Origin: Candidatus Bipolaricaulota bacterium
GTDB lineage: Bacteria; Bipolaricaulota; Bipolaricaulia; RBG-16-55-9
DNA: 64,000 nt
Assembly (NCBI GenBank): GCA_026982655.1
Contig: JALSGO010000083.1
Coordinates: 30 to 64,029 of the forward strand
Direction of reading: 5' to 3'
Below are positions 61,682 through 64,000 of the stretch, one piece after another. Numbering within the stretch: the first letter of the stretch is position 1; each line of letters starts with the position of its first letter. A model generated the notes under the pieces. That model was not told the origin of the DNA. It searched no databases and saw nothing but the letters and a program-made list of their open reading frames with translations. The translations under genes and the position numbers were made by a program.

Positions 61682-63124
61682 ATGAATGAGAAGACGTGGA
61701 TGATCGTGATGGTCGTGCTCGCGCTGGCCCTGGGACTGTGGTGGCTCTCCACACCGAAAGGCCCCCGGATGGAGATGGGGCAGAGAGCGGCCCCTGCGGC
61801 CGAGGAGGCCGTAGCCGGGGCTCAAGGGGGGCTGAACCGCCTGGCGTTCGTCGACCCGAGGACGGGCAGTCGGTTCACGGTCGAGGTCGGCCCGGCCACC
61901 CACGGCGTAGGCGTCCTGCCGGACGGCTCGAAGGCGTACGCCACCAGCTTCGGCGCCGACGAGATCTCCGTAGTCGATTTGGCCCAGAAGAAGACGGTCA
62001 AGACGATCTCCATCGGGGCCAAGTCCCACCATGTCGAGATCAGTCCCGACGGGCGTTGGGCCTACATCACCGCCGCGGACGACACCGTGGCCGTGATCGA
62101 CACCCGCACCGACACCCTGGCCGCGAAGATCGCCGTCCCGCCCGGCCCGATGTACGCCGTCTTCTCGCCCGACGGGCGCTTCGCGTACGTCACCAGCATG
62201 AAGGGCGGCGTGGTGAGCGTCCTCGACGTCGAAGCCCAGCAAGTCGTCCGGGAGATCCCCGTCGGGAAGGGGCCGGATCACGCGGCGCTCACCCCCGACG
62301 GGCGCTTCCTCTACGTCGCAAACCGCAACGACGGGACCGTGAGCGTCATTGACACCCAGCAGGGGAGCGTTATAGCGACGATCCCCGTGGGGAAGGGACC
62401 TCATGGGGTGGCCGTCGTCGAACGCGGTGGGAAACTGCTCGTCTTTGTGGGCAACCGCGGCGAGACGACGATCTCCATCATCGATCCCACGACGAACGCA
62501 GTCCTCGAGACGTTCGATCTGGGGGTAAGCCCCGAGCACCTCACGCCCTCCTTCGACCGCAAGACGCTCTACATCGGGAGCATCCCCGCGAAGCAGCTCT
62601 TCGTCTACGACGTCGAGCGCGGGGAGATCGTGCAGCGCTTCGACGTCGAAGGGGAGATCCACCAGATCGTCGTCGTGCCCCCACGCCAACAGGCCCGCAT
62701 GCCCATGCCGAGGATGCCCATGGAGCCTGAGCAAGAGAAGGGGAAAGAGATGGGCATGCCTATGGAAGTCGAGTACGAGCTCGTCGAGGTCGAGGGCGGC
62801 AGCTACCGAAATATCGACGCCCCCACCCTCTGGGCGATGCTCCAACAGAAGGACTTTCTGCTGATCAACGTCCACATCCCCTACGCGGGCGAGCTGCCCG
62901 AGACGGACTTGTTCATCCCCTTCAACGCCATTGAAGAAAACCTCGACAAGCTCCCGGAAGACAAGGACACGAAGATCGTGGTCTACTGCCGCAGCGGGCC
63001 GATGAGCGCGAAGGCCGCCGCGACGCTGGTGAAGCTGGGCTACACGAACGTCTGGAACTTAGAGCAGGGGATGCGCGAGTGGCAGGCGGCGGGGTTCCCA
63101 CTCTTGACGAACAAGGCGGAGTAG
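61682..63124 (+). CDS. YVTN-type beta-propeller / Met-rich linker / rhodanese fusion protein (membrane-anchored)
   Basis: N-terminal TM helix, then repeated PDG..(A/L)Y(V/I)...(D/G)TVSVID blades. Linker is RMPMPRMPMEPEQEKGKEMGMPME. The C-terminal rhodanese carries the active-site loop VVYCRSGPMS. Confidence 0.8.
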   Translation: MNEKTWMIVMVVLALALGLWWLSTPKGPRMEMGQRAAPAAEEAVAGAQGGLNRLAFVDPRTGSRFTVEVGPATHGVGVLPDGSKAYATSFGADEISVVDLAQKKTVKTISIGAKSHHVEISPDGRWAYITAADDTVAVIDTRTDTLAAKIAVPPGPMYAVFSPDGRFAYVTSMKGGVVSVLDVEAQQVVREIPVGKGPDHAALTPDGRFLYVANRNDGTVSVIDTQQGSVIATIPVGKGPHGVAVVERGGKLLVFVGNRGETTISIIDPTTNAVLETFDLGVSPEHLTPSFDRKTLYIGSIPAKQLFVYDVERGEIVQRFDVEGEIHQIVVVPPRQQARMPMPRMPMEPEQEKGKEMGMPMEVEYELVEVEGGSYRNIDAPTLWAMLQQKDFLLINVHIPYAGELPETDLFIPFNAIEENLDKLPEDKDTKIVVYCRSGPMSAKAAATLVKLGYTNVWNLEQGMREWQAAGFPLLTNKAE

Positions 63125-63131
63125 GTGCCCC

Positions 63132-63886
63132 ATGGTCTTAGACCCATCCGAGCCCAACCCGGCGCAAAAGGCGATGCCCTCGAAGGCCTTCCCCATAGAT
63201 CCGGAAGCGACGGGGGTCACGCGGGCGCGCTACGACCGCGTGGCCCCCGTCTATGACCTCTACGAAGGCCTGATGGAAGGGCTCTTCTTCCGCTCGTGGC
63301 GGCGGCTCGTCTGGGGCGCCGTCCAAGAGCACCTGGAGCACCTGCAGCAAATCGCAGCCGCCACGAGCGCAGCGAAGCCCCGCTTGCTGGAGGTCGGCGT
63401 GGGCACGGGCAAGAACCTGCCCTACTACCCCGGAGGCGTCGAAGCCCTAGCCATCGACCTCAGCGAGAAGATGCTGGAGCGCGCCCGGAAGCGGGCTCTC
63501 AAGCTGGGAAAGCCCGTAGATTTGCTCCCGATGGACGCCCAGGCCCTCGCCTTCCCCGACGAGTCCTTCGACGTCGTGGTGGCCACGTTCGTGTTCTGCT
63601 CTGTGCCCGATCCCGTCCTAGGGCTCCGCGAAGTCAACCGGGTATTGAAGCCCCACGGACAGGTGGTTTTGCTGGAGCACATGCGTCCGCGCTCCGAGCG
63701 CTTGGGGAAACTCTTCGATCTCTTCAATCCCCTCGCCGTGAGGCTGACCGGGGCGAACATCAACCGCCGTACGGTCGAAAACGTCCGCAAGGCGGGCCTC
63801 GAACTTGAGAGCGTAAGGGAGCTCTCGGCCCAAGGAATCGTAAAGCTTATCGTAGCCCGAAGGGGCTCACCCGAAGGAGGTCAGCC

Positions 63887-63890
<4 letters not shown>
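63132..63890 (+). CDS. class I SAM-dependent methyltransferase (Methyltransf_11/UbiE-like)
   Basis: LLEVGVGTGKNL motif I and FDVVVATFVFCSVPD motif. Confidence 0.8.

Positions 63891-64000
<110 letters not shown>

Overview
High-GC, densely coding bacterial chromosomal window. I saw no rRNA, tRNA, CRISPR array, transposase or integrase. E/R/L/V-rich proteins and small exported proteins ending in Phe suggest a thermophilic diderm, but the phylum cannot be assigned from sequence alone. Many long antisense ORFs in the six-frame track are GC-driven shadow ORFs. Region 1-32.4 kb is a mixed housekeeping and accessory set: a PurF-like amidotransferase, several hydrolases and peptidases (one frameshifted), rpoD, a ferredoxin, a rhomboid protease, a DUF360-hicB-hicA cluster, sodC, a CIRCE-controlled hrcA-grpE-dnaK-dnaJ operon, a Rad52-family annealing protein, comEC, and a peptide/nickel-type ABC importer without ATPase genes. 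Two esterase paralogues about 10 kb apart share a 367-bp near-identical inverted tract. Region 32.4-64 kb is the main result: a roughly 31-kb, single-strand metal (copper) island. It holds two CopA-type P-type ATPases, csoR, a Rieske protein, two cytochrome b paralogues, two cupredoxin-fold proteins, a CcdA/DsbD-type protein, an HMA protein, two YHS units, two DUF1573 proteins, three MMPL/RND exporters (two with LolA-like partners), a cyclopropane-fatty-acid synthase, a beta-propeller/Met-rich/rhodanese fusion and a (Glu-His)n protein. Four perfect copies of CCCACCCC-N4-GGGGTGG(G/A) sit on sigma70-like promoters at the heads of four gene strings. This palindrome is CsoR-operator-like, which implies one unusually large CsoR regulon. 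Other oddities are a 39-nt poly-G tract, a 16-bp perfect GC stem-loop, microsatellites and predicted leaderless starts. Functional calls come from motif recognition by eye, and no database search was possible.
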